From Alphaproteobacteria bacterium (lineage in GTDB: Bacteria > Pseudomonadota > Alphaproteobacteria > Rs-D84 > SZUA-605), in NCBI GenBank assembly GCA_003250835.1, contig QKJL01000031.1, positions 1-47,610 of the forward strand: 47,610 nt of DNA. The letters run 5' to 3'. The notes under the pieces were generated by a model that saw only the letters and a program-made list of their open reading frames with translations, was not told the origin of the DNA and made no database searches. Both the position numbers and the translations under genes were made by a program. This document shows positions 1-9,643 of this stretch, piece after piece. The number at the start of each line of letters is the position of its first letter. The first letter of the stretch is position 1.

Positions 1-1
1 A

Positions 2-3000
2 AATAGTGATACTACTGTTATTAATAATTCTAGTTTTGTTAATTCATCCATCGTTAATTTTTATTACGCGAATGGAAATAATAAATTTACAAATAATGAT
101 ACATTTTTAAATGAAACTGGTGCGCAGGTTCAAGTTCATTCAGGCGATTTTATTAACACCGCAGATGTTACAAATAATGGGTCTTTTGTTTTTGGATATT
201 CTACTACAGGAACAGGGACTTTAAATAATTCAGGGACTTTTACTAATACTGCGGGGGTTCAACTTGTATCAAATTCAACAGCTGTTACTTCAGGAGAATT
301 TATTAATTCAGGTGGTTTGACTTTGGCTGGAACTTCTGTGTTTACGAATTCAGGAGATTTTATTCAAGAAGGTGGAATTACTTTGGGTACTGGTACTTCT
401 TTTCAAAATGATGGTGTTTTTTATTGGGATAATGCTTCTGCTGTTATGACTGGGGCAGGTGTGTTTTCAAATGGTCCTTCTGGAGAGTTTTATTTAAATG
501 AAAACTTAACTCTTGCAGTTATTTTAAATCATGCTGGAAATATGTTTGAAAATAATGCTACATTAACTGTTAATGCTGCTTTTACTTCAACAGGGGTTGT
601 TGAAAATTATGGCGTGATTACTTCTGGTACAGGTGCAATTATTAATGATAATGATGGTTCTTTGTATGGTATTTTCCGTAATTATGATACTGTTAATGCA
701 TCGGGTTCTTTTGCTAATAATTCTGCAAAAATTTATAATTATGATACGTTTAATGCTTCTGGAGTTTTTTCTAATACAGATAATGGAGAAGGAACTGCTT
801 TTTTCTATAATGAAGGTGTTTTAAATTATACTGGTACTTCTTTTACTAATACTGGTGGATTGATTGATAATTCAGGAGTTGTTAATTGGGAAACAGCTGG
901 CAGTTTGGCTGGGGCAGTTGATAACTGGGATGAAGATGGAATTTCATTAAATGATAATGGTGGAACATTTAATGTAAATGCTAATTTGACTATTTTAGAT
1001 GTTAGTGGTTTGACTACTGATAGTGATTTAAATTGTGGTGGTTCAGACGCTACTGTTAATTTTTGTGTCCAACAAGGTTCTAAGTTAACAATTGCAAGTG
1101 GTGTTACTTTTGCAAATCAGGGGGATGTTGCTCTTTGGGGACGTTTTGAAAATCAAGGAACTTATAATAATACAACTGGAACGACTTATATCCAGGGGAA
1201 TATTGATCTTGGTACTTTTTTAAGTGCAGGGACATTAGTGATTGAAGATTCTTCTTTTAAGAATGTTTTGGGTACAGTTGATCTTTTATCTACTTCAGGT
1301 ACTTCAAGTACATCTTTAACAGATGTTACACTTGTTGATGCTTCTTTTACTTTTAATGATCAATCTGCGATTTCAATTGAGGGTGATATTGTGGTTGAAT
1401 CTGCTGCGTCATTTACTATGAATGCTGATACGACGATGACTTCTGTTGCTGGATCTGTTTTTTCTAATAAAGGTTCATTAACAGCTTTGTCATTAACAGC
1501 TTTGGGAGATGCGAGTTTTCGTTCTTTGATAAATACTGCAACTCTTGATGTAGAGGGATCTTTGAGTACGGATACATTTTTTAAAACGACTGGTACCGTT
1601 GATAATTCAGGTGATATGGTTATTGGTGGTTCTAATAATTGGATTGGAGAAGATACGGTTTATGCTTTGGAAGATAATTCTGTTGTATTTGATAATCAAG
1701 TTGATGCCTCTTTAGATTTTTCAGGTAAAGTTACCCAAGGATCTTTAAATAATTCAGGGGCAATTACGTCAGATGGTTTTATTCATATTTATACATATGC
1801 AGATTTGATTAATTCTGCTGGGGCGACTATCGATTTTGAAGGTTCTGATTTAATGGGGCTTTATAATAGTGGTATTATCAATAATAGTGGTGATATTACT
1901 TTTACAGCGGGAGCTGACAGTGATCTTACAAGTGGTTTTTATAATATTCGTCGTTATGGTTCAGCTGGTCAATGGATTAATGATGTTGGTGGTACTATGA
2001 CTACTGATGATCAAATTTATAACACTGCTCAACTTACGAATAATGGATTGATTACTATTTTAGCAGATGGTGCTGTTTATAATGATGATCAATATAATTC
2101 ATCAGGTCGTGGTGCAGGGGTATTTAATAATACTGCAACAGGTGTGTTTGATCATGAAGGGTATACAGCAAATTATGGTGTTATTAATCAATTGGGTACA
2201 TTTGAAAATTATGGTTTGATTGAAAACTATGCTGTTTTTAATTGGGATTCAACTGTTGATTCAGAAATGACAGGTGAATATGCTAATTTATCAGATGTGA
2301 CAAATGCGAATGGTGTGACAACATTAACTGAATATAACGGTCAATTTAATGTGAACGTTGATCTTCAATTAATGGCTGATAGTACATTTACAAATGGTGA
2401 AGGGGCAACATTTAATATTGCAAATGGTGTTACCTTTACAAATTCAGGTACATTTGATACAGGTTCTGATATTGTGATTAGTGGTACATTTACTAATAAT
2501 GAATTGATGCATGGATCACTTGATACAGTTTTAAAAGGTGCGGGAACCTTTACAAATGCGGATACTTTTATTAATTCGAAAATTTATGATATTGATGATG
2601 AAGATCCAGATGAAGATTATATTGATTCAGCATCAACAATTACTTTTAATGAATCTTTGGCTTCTGTAACAAATGATAATACGTTTTTGAATACCGTTTC
2701 TGGGGGTGTAATCTATAATTACAATGATAATTTTGTAAATAATGGTTATATCATTTCAACAGTTGATGGAGCTGGTGGAGCTTCTGAAAATACTGATTTT
2801 TATAATTATGGAACAATTACAAATAATGAAACTTTTAGTGCATGGCGTTTGCATTTAGGTAAAACTAATTATGCAACAAATTATAATATTGTTGCTGATG
2901 CGACAGTTTCATTTGTTAATTCAGCGGATGCTACTTTTGTGACTGATTTTAGTTTGTTAATTGGTCAAGGAACATTTGATAATTATGGTGTTGTGGCAGC

Positions 3001-6000
3001 TCCTGATAATGGTTCGTTGATTGTTTATACTCGAGGAACATTGATTAATCGTGCTGATGCGACTGTTTCAATGACTTCTGCTTCTGCTACATTTGAAAAT
3101 TTAGGTGGGGTTATTGATAATTATGGTACACTGGTTGTTAATGTTGATAAAACTTCATCATATGATGGTTTGGGATTATTGAATATTGTTCAGTATACAG
3201 AAAGTGTTCCTGTGTTTACCAATCATGAGGGCGCACAAATTGATTCAAATCATCGTATTCTTAATCATGGTACATTTGTAAATTCTGGTGTTATTTATTC
3301 ATCAGGGGATCTTGGATTACAAAATGGAATGGCATCTGCTTCTGCCACATCATCGACTGTTAATGGTCTTGGTGAATTTACGAATACAGCAACAGGTGTT
3401 ATTCATCTTTCAGGTGATTTAGAAAATTATGCTGTGTTTAATCAAGCTGGTACTTTGAATAATTTAGGTGGATCAATTAAAAATTATGGTGAGTTTAATT
3501 GGACTTCATCAGATAATATTTCTGGGGCTGTGTTGAATGCTGTATCAGGCGATTATGAAGGTGAATTTAATATTTCAGTAGATCTTTCATTTGAAGCTGG
3601 TTCATCGTTTGTTAATAAATCATTATTGGTTATTGCTGATGATGTTGATGTATTGAATAATGGTTCTTTGAAACTTGATGCAGGTGAACTTTCAATTGGT
3701 GACGCTGGTACATTTACAAATCATGTAGATGTAAAATTAACAGGTGAATCATCTGTTACAGGTACAGGAACTTTTGTAAATGATGCGGCAGGTGTAATTA
3801 CAATTGAAACGGGTTCTGATTTTGTTATTGAAAATACTATTACTCAATTTTTAAATACGGGGTTGATTGTAAATGATGCATTAAATTCAGGTGATATTAC
3901 CAATTATTCAAATGATTTCCGTAATGATGGGGTTATTGATATTACAGGTACACTTAATACAGATGAAACATATTTCTATCAACTTGGAAAAATGACAAAT
4001 AATGGAACTCTTCGTGTGTGGCGTTTTTCTCTTGGAGGTTGGGAAGATATGAGTACTTGGGATGCTGCTGATACTCCTGATGCTAATATTGAATTTACGA
4101 ATTCTGTTGGAGCTGAATTTAGATCAACATATGATGTGTTTGTTAATCAAGGTACATTCCATAATCGTGGAACATCTAATATTGAAGAATGGTTTGCAAT
4201 TGCTGAACATGGTACTGTTGTGAATTATGCTGGGGCAGATTTTAATTTTGTTCAACCAGAATCAACAAGTATGAATAATGGTTTTAGTAATCAAGGGATC
4301 TTTAATAATTATGGAAACTTTTCATTTGTTTTGAATACAGAGCCTTCTTCTAAATATTTTGGTATTTTGAATAATGAAGGTGGAACATTAACTAATTATG
4401 ATACTGGTGTGTTTACTTCAGAATATCGTTTCTTAAATAATGGAACTGTTGTAAATTCTGGTGAATTTAATGTTTCAGGTACTTTAGGATTTCAAAATGG
4501 AATGACTAGTTCTGCGTATCCAAATCATCTTACACAAAGCCAAGCAAATGGTTTAGGTGAATTTACAAATACAGCAACAGGTGTGATTAATACTTCTGGT
4601 AATTTTGAAAATTATGCTGTCTTTACAAATGAAGGAACAATTAATAATACAGGTATAATTAATAATTATGGTGAATTTAATTGGGATACAACAAATGCAT
4701 TAAGTGGTACAGTGGTTAATGCTGTTTCTGGCCAATATATTGGTACATTAGATCTTAGTGTTGATTTTATTGTTGGCGCTTTCTCTGATTTAACAAATAA
4801 TACAGGCGCAATTATTGATCTTGCAGATGGAGTTGATTTTACTGTTGTTGTTGATGGTGAATTTACAAATGCAGGTACATTTAATAATGAAGCAACTTCT
4901 TCTGTGATTAATAATGGAACATTTATTTCAACTTCTGATATTGATTTTGCGGGCGCTGTTACAAATTCAGGAACAATGACAGTTAATGAAATGATTGCGG
5001 AAGGTACATTTACTAATTCTGGGGATTTTGTTGCAAATGAAGCAGTTGTATTTGATGGTACTGTAACTAATTCATCTGAGTTCAATGCTTTGGATGAAGT
5101 TGAAATGACAGCTTTATTTACAAATACTGGTAATGTAACTGGAGCTGATTATCGTTTCTTTGGTGCGGTTGATAATGATGCTGTGATTGATGTTGATACT
5201 TTAACTGTTTATCATACATTCGATAATTCTGGGGATATTACGGTTCAAGCATTGAATAATGATATTACTGTTTATGATAATGGAACAGCAGGTAATACAG
5301 CAGATGATATTGTTCGTATTGGAACATTTAATCATACAGGGGATATTACATTTGTTACCGGTTCAACTTTCTTGAATGATTCATGGTTGGATGATCAAGG
5401 AACTTTATTGACTGTTGATGATGTATTGCATAAGGCTGTGTTTAACCATAATGGTACATTTACAAATATGTCAAATGTGACAACATTTACTAATAAAGGT
5501 ATCTTTAATTGGAATGTTGCGGGAACATTAAATTCTCAGGCTTTTTCAAACCAAGCTGATTTTAATGTTAATGCAGCTTTGGTTATTGCTTCGAATGTGA
5601 CGACAACTGCGGATAGTATTATTACTATTGATTCTGATGATAGTTTAACGATTGCTGCGACTACTACGTTTACAAACGGTGGTTCAATTGTGAATAATGG
5701 TTCATTTGTAAATAATACAACTGCTGCATTTGTTAATAATGATGTGTTTGATAATGCTGGTTCATTTAATTTAACAGGATTGTTTACTAATGTTGGTGAA
5801 TTTAATCATACAGGCACATTTACAAATACAGGCACATTTACAAATACAGGTGTGTTTAACTGGGATGTTGTTGAAGGTTTAACTGGTTCATTTGTTAATG
5901 CGACAACTGGTGATGAAAAAGCATTGAATATGAATGTTGATTTTGTTGTGTCTAATTTGGCTCGTTTAACCAATAATTCAGGTGCGACAATTAATCTTGC

Positions 6001-9000
6001 AGATGGTGTTGATTTTACAGTTGCAACAGGTGGTTTATTTACTCATGCTGGTATTTTTAATATTTCAGAAACTTCAGTTTTTACAAATAATGGAACTGTT
6101 AATGCGACTGCTGCATTAGCTGTGTCAGGTACTTTGGTTAATGCAGCTGATTTGAATGTGGTTGATATGACAGTAGATGGTACATTTACTAATTCAGGTG
6201 ATTTCGATAGTACTGGTTCAGTTGTCTTTAATGATGTTGTAACGAATTCTTCTGATTTCACAGGATCTGATTCAACTGAATTTAATGCTGCTGTTGTTAA
6301 TACTGGTTCAATTACTGGAGATACTTATGTTTTCCATGCAGCTGTTGATAATGATAATTCAATTAATGTGACTGCATTAAATACTTCTGGTGTGTTTGAT
6401 CATTCAGCGAATATGATTGTTGAAGATTTTTCAAATGAAGTAACTGTTGATGATAATGGGACTTCTAATACTACATCGGATGATGTTGTGCGTCTAGGAA
6501 CATTTAATAATACAGGTGATATTGAATTTACTGTGGGTTCAACATTTATGAATAATTCTTGGGTTGATACAAAAGGAACTGCAGATGAAAAAGATGATGT
6601 ATTGTATCAAGCAACATTTAATCATGATGGTACCTTTACTGGATTATCTAATGTAACAACATTTACTAATAAAGGTATTTTTAATTGGAATGTGGATGAA
6701 GTATTGGCTGCGCAAACATTCTATAGCCAAGGTGAATTTAATGTTAATGCGAATTTAACAATCGATTCAAATGTGATTGCGAATGAAGATAGCGTGATTA
6801 CAATTGGTGCAGGGCATACATTGACGATTGCAGGAACTTCAACATTGTCAAATAGTGGTACAATTATTAATAATGGTTCATTTGTTAATAATATGACTGG
6901 TTCATTTGTGAATACAGGTACATTTACACAAGCTGCTGGATCTACATTTACAACAACATCAGATATTAGAAATGCTGGTGAATTTAATTGGGATGTTGCA
7001 ATGGGGTCTGCTGTTCAAGTTGATATTACAAATACGGATGGTGTGTTTAATATTAATGCGGATATGGATTATGATGCGCATATGGAAGTTACTGGTGGCC
7101 AAGTTATTGTGGCGTCAGGTGTGACTTTTGATAATCAATCAGTGAATACAGTTTATGTTGATGGTGGTGAATATCGTGTAGAAGGTACATTTGTGAATAA
7201 TGGTGTTGTTGAAATTCCATCTGGTGATTTTATTGTAGATAGTGGTACATTTACAAATATGACTGATAATGGATATGCTGTTGCGACAACAAATGGAACG
7301 GTTCCGTTAACTGCTCCAGCTTCTGCTGTTTCTGGTGATTTGATTTTTGAGAATACTGCTTCTTATACTGTTGATGCTGCTGTTACGGATGTTTTGATTG
7401 ATTCAAACTTAATTTTACGTAGTAATTCAACATTTGATTTTGGAGAAGCTGAACATCATGTGATGGGAGATATTTCTTTTAATAATGTTGATATCGATCT
7501 TTCATCAGGGGCTGGTTTCTTTACTTCTTTTGGAGGATTATCAGTTGTTGATTCATCTCTTTCTTTGGGAGATAAACATTTAACAGTTGGTGATACATTT
7601 ACAATGAATCGTTCTGATCTAACTATTTTGTATGATGATGCTGATACATCAGCTGTTATCCAATTAGATGATTCAACAAATACTGCATCTTCTATTTCTA
7701 TTACAAATTCAACTATTCATTTGGATTTAGCTTCATCTGTGTTGAATTTAGGGGATCGCGTATTGTTGATTGCGGATGATGCATCTGCTGGGATTTCAAA
7801 TATTGTGTTTACGAATAATACAATGGATATTGATTCTTCATTGTTTGCTGATCAAAATACTATGGTATCATTGAGTGCAAGTTCTGGATTAGGAATTGAA
7901 CTTGTTGTTCACCAAGATTTTACTTTTGAAGTACAAGATCAAAATGCAGAAGAAATTGGAGATGTATTTAATTCTGTTTGGACAGATGATGGTTCTGATC
8001 TATCAAATTATCTTGCTGGTATTATGAGTGAAGCAAATGCAAATGGTTTGGAAAACACATTGGTTGATTTGAAACCTCGTCAAATTGATGCGATCCAACA
8101 AAATCGTATGCGTTTGAATAATTTGGCGATTTCTCATGTTGTGGATCATTTGGATATGGAAACAAATCATTCGATCTTAGATGCTAAGGTATTAGTAAAA
8201 CAAGATTTTGTACCATGGATGCAAGTTTCATTAGGATCTGCGGTAACTGATGGTGCAGGTGGATTTTCTGGGTTCTCATCAGATTCAACAATTCTAAGTG
8301 GTGGATTTGATTATAATACGAAAGATGATATTCGTGTTGGTTTAGGTTTCTCATTTATCCAATCATCAATTGCAGGGGATAGTGCATACAATGTTGATAC
8401 TGTTGGGGGATCTGCTTCTGTTTATGCTCAAACAAAAGTTGATATGTTCTCATTATATGGATTGATTGGTATGTCTTCATATTCATATGATCAGGATCGT
8501 TCAGTATTAGGTTCTGTTGCGGAAGCTTCTTATTCAGATCAAACGATTTTTGCTCGATTTGCAGGTGAAGTTCATTTAACTCCATATATTATTCCTGGTG
8601 TTTTTGTGCAACATCATAGTGTTGGAAGTGTGAGTTATACAGAAACTGGTGCAGGGGATTCTAATTTATCTGTTTCTCAGGAAGGGTATGATTTGACTTT
8701 TGTTGGGGCGAATCTTCGTTTACAGACTTATTTAAAAACTTTAGATTATCAAGTTATTCCTTATTTAAAGATGGAATATGGGCAAAATATGTCTACAAAT
8801 CCTGTTTCAATTCGTTCAAACTTAGAAATTTTACCTACTGATTCATTTAATATGCAAACAGCTGGATTTTCTAGTTTCTATTATACTGCAACTGTTGGAA
8901 CTGATTTCCGTACAAAAGGTACAGATACATTGTTTTCTGCTGGGTATCGTATGATTGTTGATGATCGTACCGTTGATAATCAATTCTTCTTACAATCTAA

Positions 9001-9013
9001 TTTTGTATTCTAA
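2..9013 (+). CDS. Giant autotransporter-type surface protein/adhesin, 5'-truncated by the window edge (3003 codons visible)
   Basis: The frame of ORF 317..9013 stays open back to nt 2 (NSDTTVINNSSFVNSSIVNF...), so the TTG at 317 is not the real start. The passenger is N/T/G/F/S-rich with recurring G-x-F-x-N motifs. The C-terminal ~300 aa switch to alternating beta-strand-like sequence ending FFLQSNFVF (terminal Phe). A strong terminator follows. Confidence 0.85.
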   Translation, partial: NSDTTVINNSSFVNSSIVNFYYANGNNKFTNNDTFLNETGAQVQVHSGDFINTADVTNNGSFVFGYSTTGTGTLNNSGTFTNTAGVQLVSNSTAVTSGEFINSGGLTLAGTSVFTNSGDFIQEGGITLGTGTSFQNDGVFYWDNASAVMTGAGVFSNGPSGEFYLNENLTLAVILNHAGNMFENNATLTVNAAFTSTGVVENYGVITSGTGAIINDNDGSLYGIFRNYDTVNASGSFANNSAKIYNYDTFNASGVFSNTDNGEGTAFFYNEGVLNYTGTSFTNTGGLIDNSGVVNWETAGSLAGAVDNWDEDGISLNDNGGTFNVNANLTILDVSGLTTDSDLNCGGSDATVNFCVQQGSKLTIASGVTFANQGDVALWGRFENQGTYNNTTGTTYIQGNIDLGTFLSAGTLVIEDSSFKNVLGTVDLLSTSGTSSTSLTDVTLVDASFTFNDQSAISIEGDIVVESAASFTMNADTTMTSVAGSVFSNKGSLTALSLTALGDASFRSLINTATLDVEGSLSTDTFFKTTGTVDNSGDMVIGGSNNWIGEDTVYALEDNSVVFDNQVDASLDFSGKVTQGSLNNSGAITSDGFIHIYTYADLINSAGATIDFEGSDLMGLYNSGIINNSGDITFTAGADSDLTSGFYNIRRYGSAGQWINDVGGTMTTDDQIYNTAQLTNNGLITILADGAVYNDDQYNSSGRGAGVFNNTATGVFDHEGYTANYGVINQLGTFENYGLIENYAVFNWDSTVDSEMTGEYANLSDVTNANGVTTLTEYNGQFNVNVDLQLMADSTFTNGEGATFNIANGVTFTNSGTFDTGSDIVISGTFTNNELMHGSLDTVLKGAGTFTNADTFINSKIYDIDDEDPDEDYIDSASTITFNESLASVTNDNTFLNTVSGGVIYNYNDNFVNNGYIISTVDGAGGASENTDFYNYGTITNNETFSAWRLHLGKTNYATNYNIVADATVSFVNSADATFVTDFSLLIGQGTFDNYGVVAAPDNGSLIVYTRGTLINRADATVSMTSASATFENLGGVIDNYGTLVVNVDKTSSYDGLGLLNIVQYTESVPVFTNHEGAQIDSNHRILNHGTFVNSGVIYSSGDLGLQNGMASASATSSTVNGLGEFTNTATGVIHLSGDLENYAVFNQAGTLNNLGGSIKNYGEFNWTSSDNISGAVLNAVSGDYEGEFNISVDLSFEAGSSFVNKSLLVIADDVDVLNNGSLKLDAGELSIGDAGTFTNHVDVKLTGESSVTGTGTFVNDAAGVITIETGSDFVIENTITQFLNTGLIVNDALNSGDITNYSNDFRNDGVIDITGTLNTDETYFYQLGKMTNNGTLRVWRFSLGGWEDMSTWDAADTPDANIEFTNSVGAEFRSTYDVFVNQGTFHNRGTSNIEEWFAIAEHGTVVNYAGADFNFVQPESTSMNNGFSNQGIFNNYGNFSFVLNTEPSSKYFGILNNEGGTLTNYDTGVFTSEYRFLNNGTVVNSGEFNVSGTLGFQNGMTSSAYPNHLTQSQANGLGEFTNTATGVINTSGNFENYAVFTNEGTINNTGIINNYGEFNWDTTNALSGTVVNAVSGQYIGTLDLSVDFIVGAFSDLTNNTGAIIDLADGVDFTVVVDGEFTNAGTFNNEATSSVINNGTFISTSDIDFAGAVTNSGTMTVNEMIAEGTFTNSGDFVANEAVVFDGTVTNSSEFNALDEVEMTALFTNTGNVTGADYRFFGAVDNDAVIDVDTLTVYHTFDNSGDITVQALNNDITVYDNGTAGNTADDIVRIGTFNHTGDITFVTGSTFLNDSWLDDQGTLLTVDDVLHKAVFNHNGTFTNMSNVTTFTNKGIFNWNVAGTLNSQAFSNQADFNVNAALVIASNVTTTADSIITIDSDDSLTIAATTTFTNGGSIVNNGSFVNNTTAAFVNNDVFDNAGSFNLTGLFTNVGEFNHTGTFTNTGTFTNTGVFNWDVVEGLTGSFVNATTGDEKALNMNVDFVVSNLARLTNNSGATINLADGVDFTVATGGLFTHAGIFNISETSVFTNNGTVNATAALAVSGTLVNAADLNVVDMTVDGTFTNSGDFDSTGSVVFNDVVTNSSDFTGSDSTEFNAAVVNTGSITGDTYVFHAAVDNDNSINVTALNTSGVFDHSANMIVEDFSNEVTVDDNGTSNTTSDDVVRLGTFNNTGDIEFTVGSTFMNNSWVDTKGTADEKDDVLYQATFNHDGTFTGLSNVTTFTNKGIFNWNVDEVLAAQTFYSQGEFNVNANLTIDSNVIANEDSVITIGAGHTLTIAGTSTLSNSGTIINNGSFVNNMTGSFVNTGTFTQAAGSTFTTTSDIRNAGEFNWDVAMGSAVQVDITNTDGVFNINADMDYDAHMEVTGGQVIVASGVTFDNQSVNTVYVDGGEYRVEGTFVNNGVVEIPSGDFIVDSGTFTNMTDNGYAVATTNGTVPLTAPASAVSGDLIFENTASYTVDAAVTDVLIDSNLILRSNSTFDFGEAEHHVMGDISFNNVDIDLSSGAGFFTSFGGLSVVDSSLSLGDKHLTVGDTFTMNRSDLTILYDDADTSAVIQLDDSTNTASSISITNSTIHLDLASSVLNLGDRVLLIADDASAGISNIVFTNNTMDIDSSLFADQNTMVSLSASSGLGIELVVHQDFTFEVQDQNAEEIGDVFNSVWTDDGSDLSNYLAGIMSEANANGLENTLVDLKPRQIDAIQQNRMRLNNLAISHVVDHLDMETNHSILDAKVLVKQDFVPWMQVSLGSAVTDGAGGFSGFSSDSTILSGGFDYNTKDDIRVGLGFSFIQSSIAGDSAYNVDTVGGSASVYAQTKVDMFSLYGLIGMSSYSYDQDRSVLGSVAEASYSDQTIFARFAGEVHLTPYIIPGVFVQHHSVGSVSYTETGAGDSNLSVSQEGYDLTFVGANLRLQTYLKTLDYQVIPYLKMEYGQNMSTNPVSIRSNLEILPTDSFNMQTAGFSSFYYTATVGTDFRTKGTDTLFSAGYRMIVDDRTVDNQFFLQSNFVF
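4790..5965 (+). repeat. Intragenic tandem duplication unit, copy A (1176 nt = 392 codons)
   Basis: LTNNTGAIIDLADGVDFTV... (4790) aligns colinearly with LTNNSGATINLADGVDFTV... (5966). The landmarks TTFTNKGIFNWNV (5480 vs 6656) and GSFVNN (5699 vs 6875) keep exactly the same 1176-nt offset. Nucleotide identity is roughly two-thirds by eye. Confidence 0.8.
5966..7141 (+). repeat. Intragenic tandem duplication unit, copy B
   Basis: Same evidence as copy A. The 3' boundary is approximate, because similarity decays after GSFVNN at 6875-6892. Confidence 0.7.
8066..9010 (+). other. Predicted linker helix plus C-terminal beta-barrel translocator domain of the autotransporter
   Basis: From DLKPRQIDAIQQNRMRLNNLA onward, composition changes from N/T/F repeats to alternating hydrophobic/polar strands rich in G, S and Y. 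The final residue is Phe, as in OM beta-barrels. Boundaries are approximate. Confidence 0.6.
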
Positions 9014-9036
9014 AAGGCTTTGATTTTTATGTAAAA

Positions 9037-9061
9037 AGGAGGATTTAAATCCTCCTTTTTT
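9037..9061 (+). terminator. Rho-independent terminator of the autotransporter gene
   Basis: Perfect 7-bp stem aggagga/tcctcct with loop tttaaa, followed by a T-run, 24 nt after the stop codon. Confidence 0.8.
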
Positions 9062-9090
9062 GTTTATTTTTCAGATAGTTGTCAAAAGGG

Positions 9091-9119
9091 TTGACAGGTA
9101 TTTTTTTAGATGTTATAAC
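9091..9119 (+). promoter_or_regulatory. Near-consensus sigma70-type promoter with no protein gene downstream
   Basis: TTGACA (9091-9096), a 17-nt spacer, then TATAAC (9114-9119). Confidence 0.5.
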
Positions 9120-9125
9120 TAGCGT

Positions 9126-9272
9126 GTAAAAAGATATTATTAAAAACATTATATATAATGGCTTGCTTTTGATGGGGTTGGAAATTTTGACGTTTGATTA
9201 TAGCAAGCAATCTAAAGCCGGTAATAATAATAGGTTTTAGGGAAAGTTATGTATTTAGCTTTCCCTTTTTTT
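9126..9272 (+). ncRNA. Candidate small RNA of unknown family (~105-150 nt depending on the TSS)
   Basis: It lies between the promoter at 9091-9119 and a strong terminator (gggaaag/ctttccc stem 9240-9265 plus a 7-T run). Internal stems are gcttgct/agcaagc (9162-9168 with 9203-9209) and aaagcc/ggtttt. The only ORFs are 4 aa and 22 aa (9172-9240), both without an SD. An alternative TATAAT at 9154-9159 would give a shorter RNA. Confidence 0.35.
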
Positions 9273-9329
9273 AAAATTAAACAGTTACCTTTTAGGTAGC
9301 GATCTATCCATAGAATAATTTTTGATTAG

Positions 9330-9357
9330 GCTCTTCACGTGGTGGAGAGCTTTTTTT
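9330..9357 (+). terminator. Second plus-strand hairpin plus T-run (tandem terminator)
   Basis: A gctcttc/ggagagc 7-bp stem (with one G-T pair), a 7-nt loop, then TTTTTTT. Confidence 0.5.
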
Positions 9358-9380
9358 ATGCATTTTTTCAATTTAGATAT

Positions 9381-9411
9381 AAAAAAATCCACCATAATTT
9401 GGTGGTTTTTT
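9381..9411 (-). terminator. Terminator downstream of tRNA-Cys (hairpin flanked by A-run and T-run)
   Basis: A ccacc/ggtgg stem (9389-9405) flanked by aaaaaaa on one side and tttttt on the other. It sits immediately 3' of the tRNA on the minus strand. Confidence 0.7.
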
Positions 9412-9413
9412 AA

Positions 9414-9487
9414 TGGAGGCCGGTACCGGAGTCGAACCGATGTACAAGGATTTGCAGTCCTCTGCATAGCCACTCTGCCAACCGGCC
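9414..9487 (-). tRNA. tRNA-Cys (anticodon GCA)
   Basis: The minus-strand read is GGCCGGTTGGCAGAGTGGCTATGCAGAGGACTGCAAATCCTTGTACATCGGTTCGACTCCGGTACCGGCCTCCA. It has a 7-bp acceptor GGCCGGT/ACCGGCC, anticodon loop CT-GCA-AA, T-loop TTCGACT, discriminator T and an encoded CCA. Length is 74 nt. Confidence 0.93.
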
Positions 9488-9498
9488 TCTGACGACAT

Positions 9499-9527
9499 AC
9501 AATATACAATTTAATTAGCCGGGTCAA
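9499..9527 (-). promoter_or_regulatory. Promoter for tRNA-Cys
   Basis: Minus-strand TTGACC (9527-9522), a 17-nt spacer, then TATTGT (9504-9499). The predicted TSS is a few nt upstream of the mature 5' end. Confidence 0.55.
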
Positions 9528-9643
9528 GAGGCAAATTATAAAAATTATTTTTCTGTCTTTTTTATTATTTGTAACATTTCTAATATTTCTGCCATTTTTT
9601 GAAAAGCAAGTGAAAAAAGTGTCTTTTTTTTACTTTTTTTGCA

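Noticed and set aside
4666-6261. Antisense ORFs inside the autotransporter gene (4666..5085 and 6043..6261, minus strand)
   Set aside because: They mirror the repetitive N/T/G/F coding strand and occur at equivalent positions in the two 1176-nt duplication units. They are a by-product of biased codon composition, not genes.
9285-9527. 80-aa minus-strand ORF from the six-frame track
   Set aside because: It overlaps tRNA-Cys (9414-9487) and its terminator completely. Its composition is driven by the tRNA sequence, and it has no SD. It is spurious.
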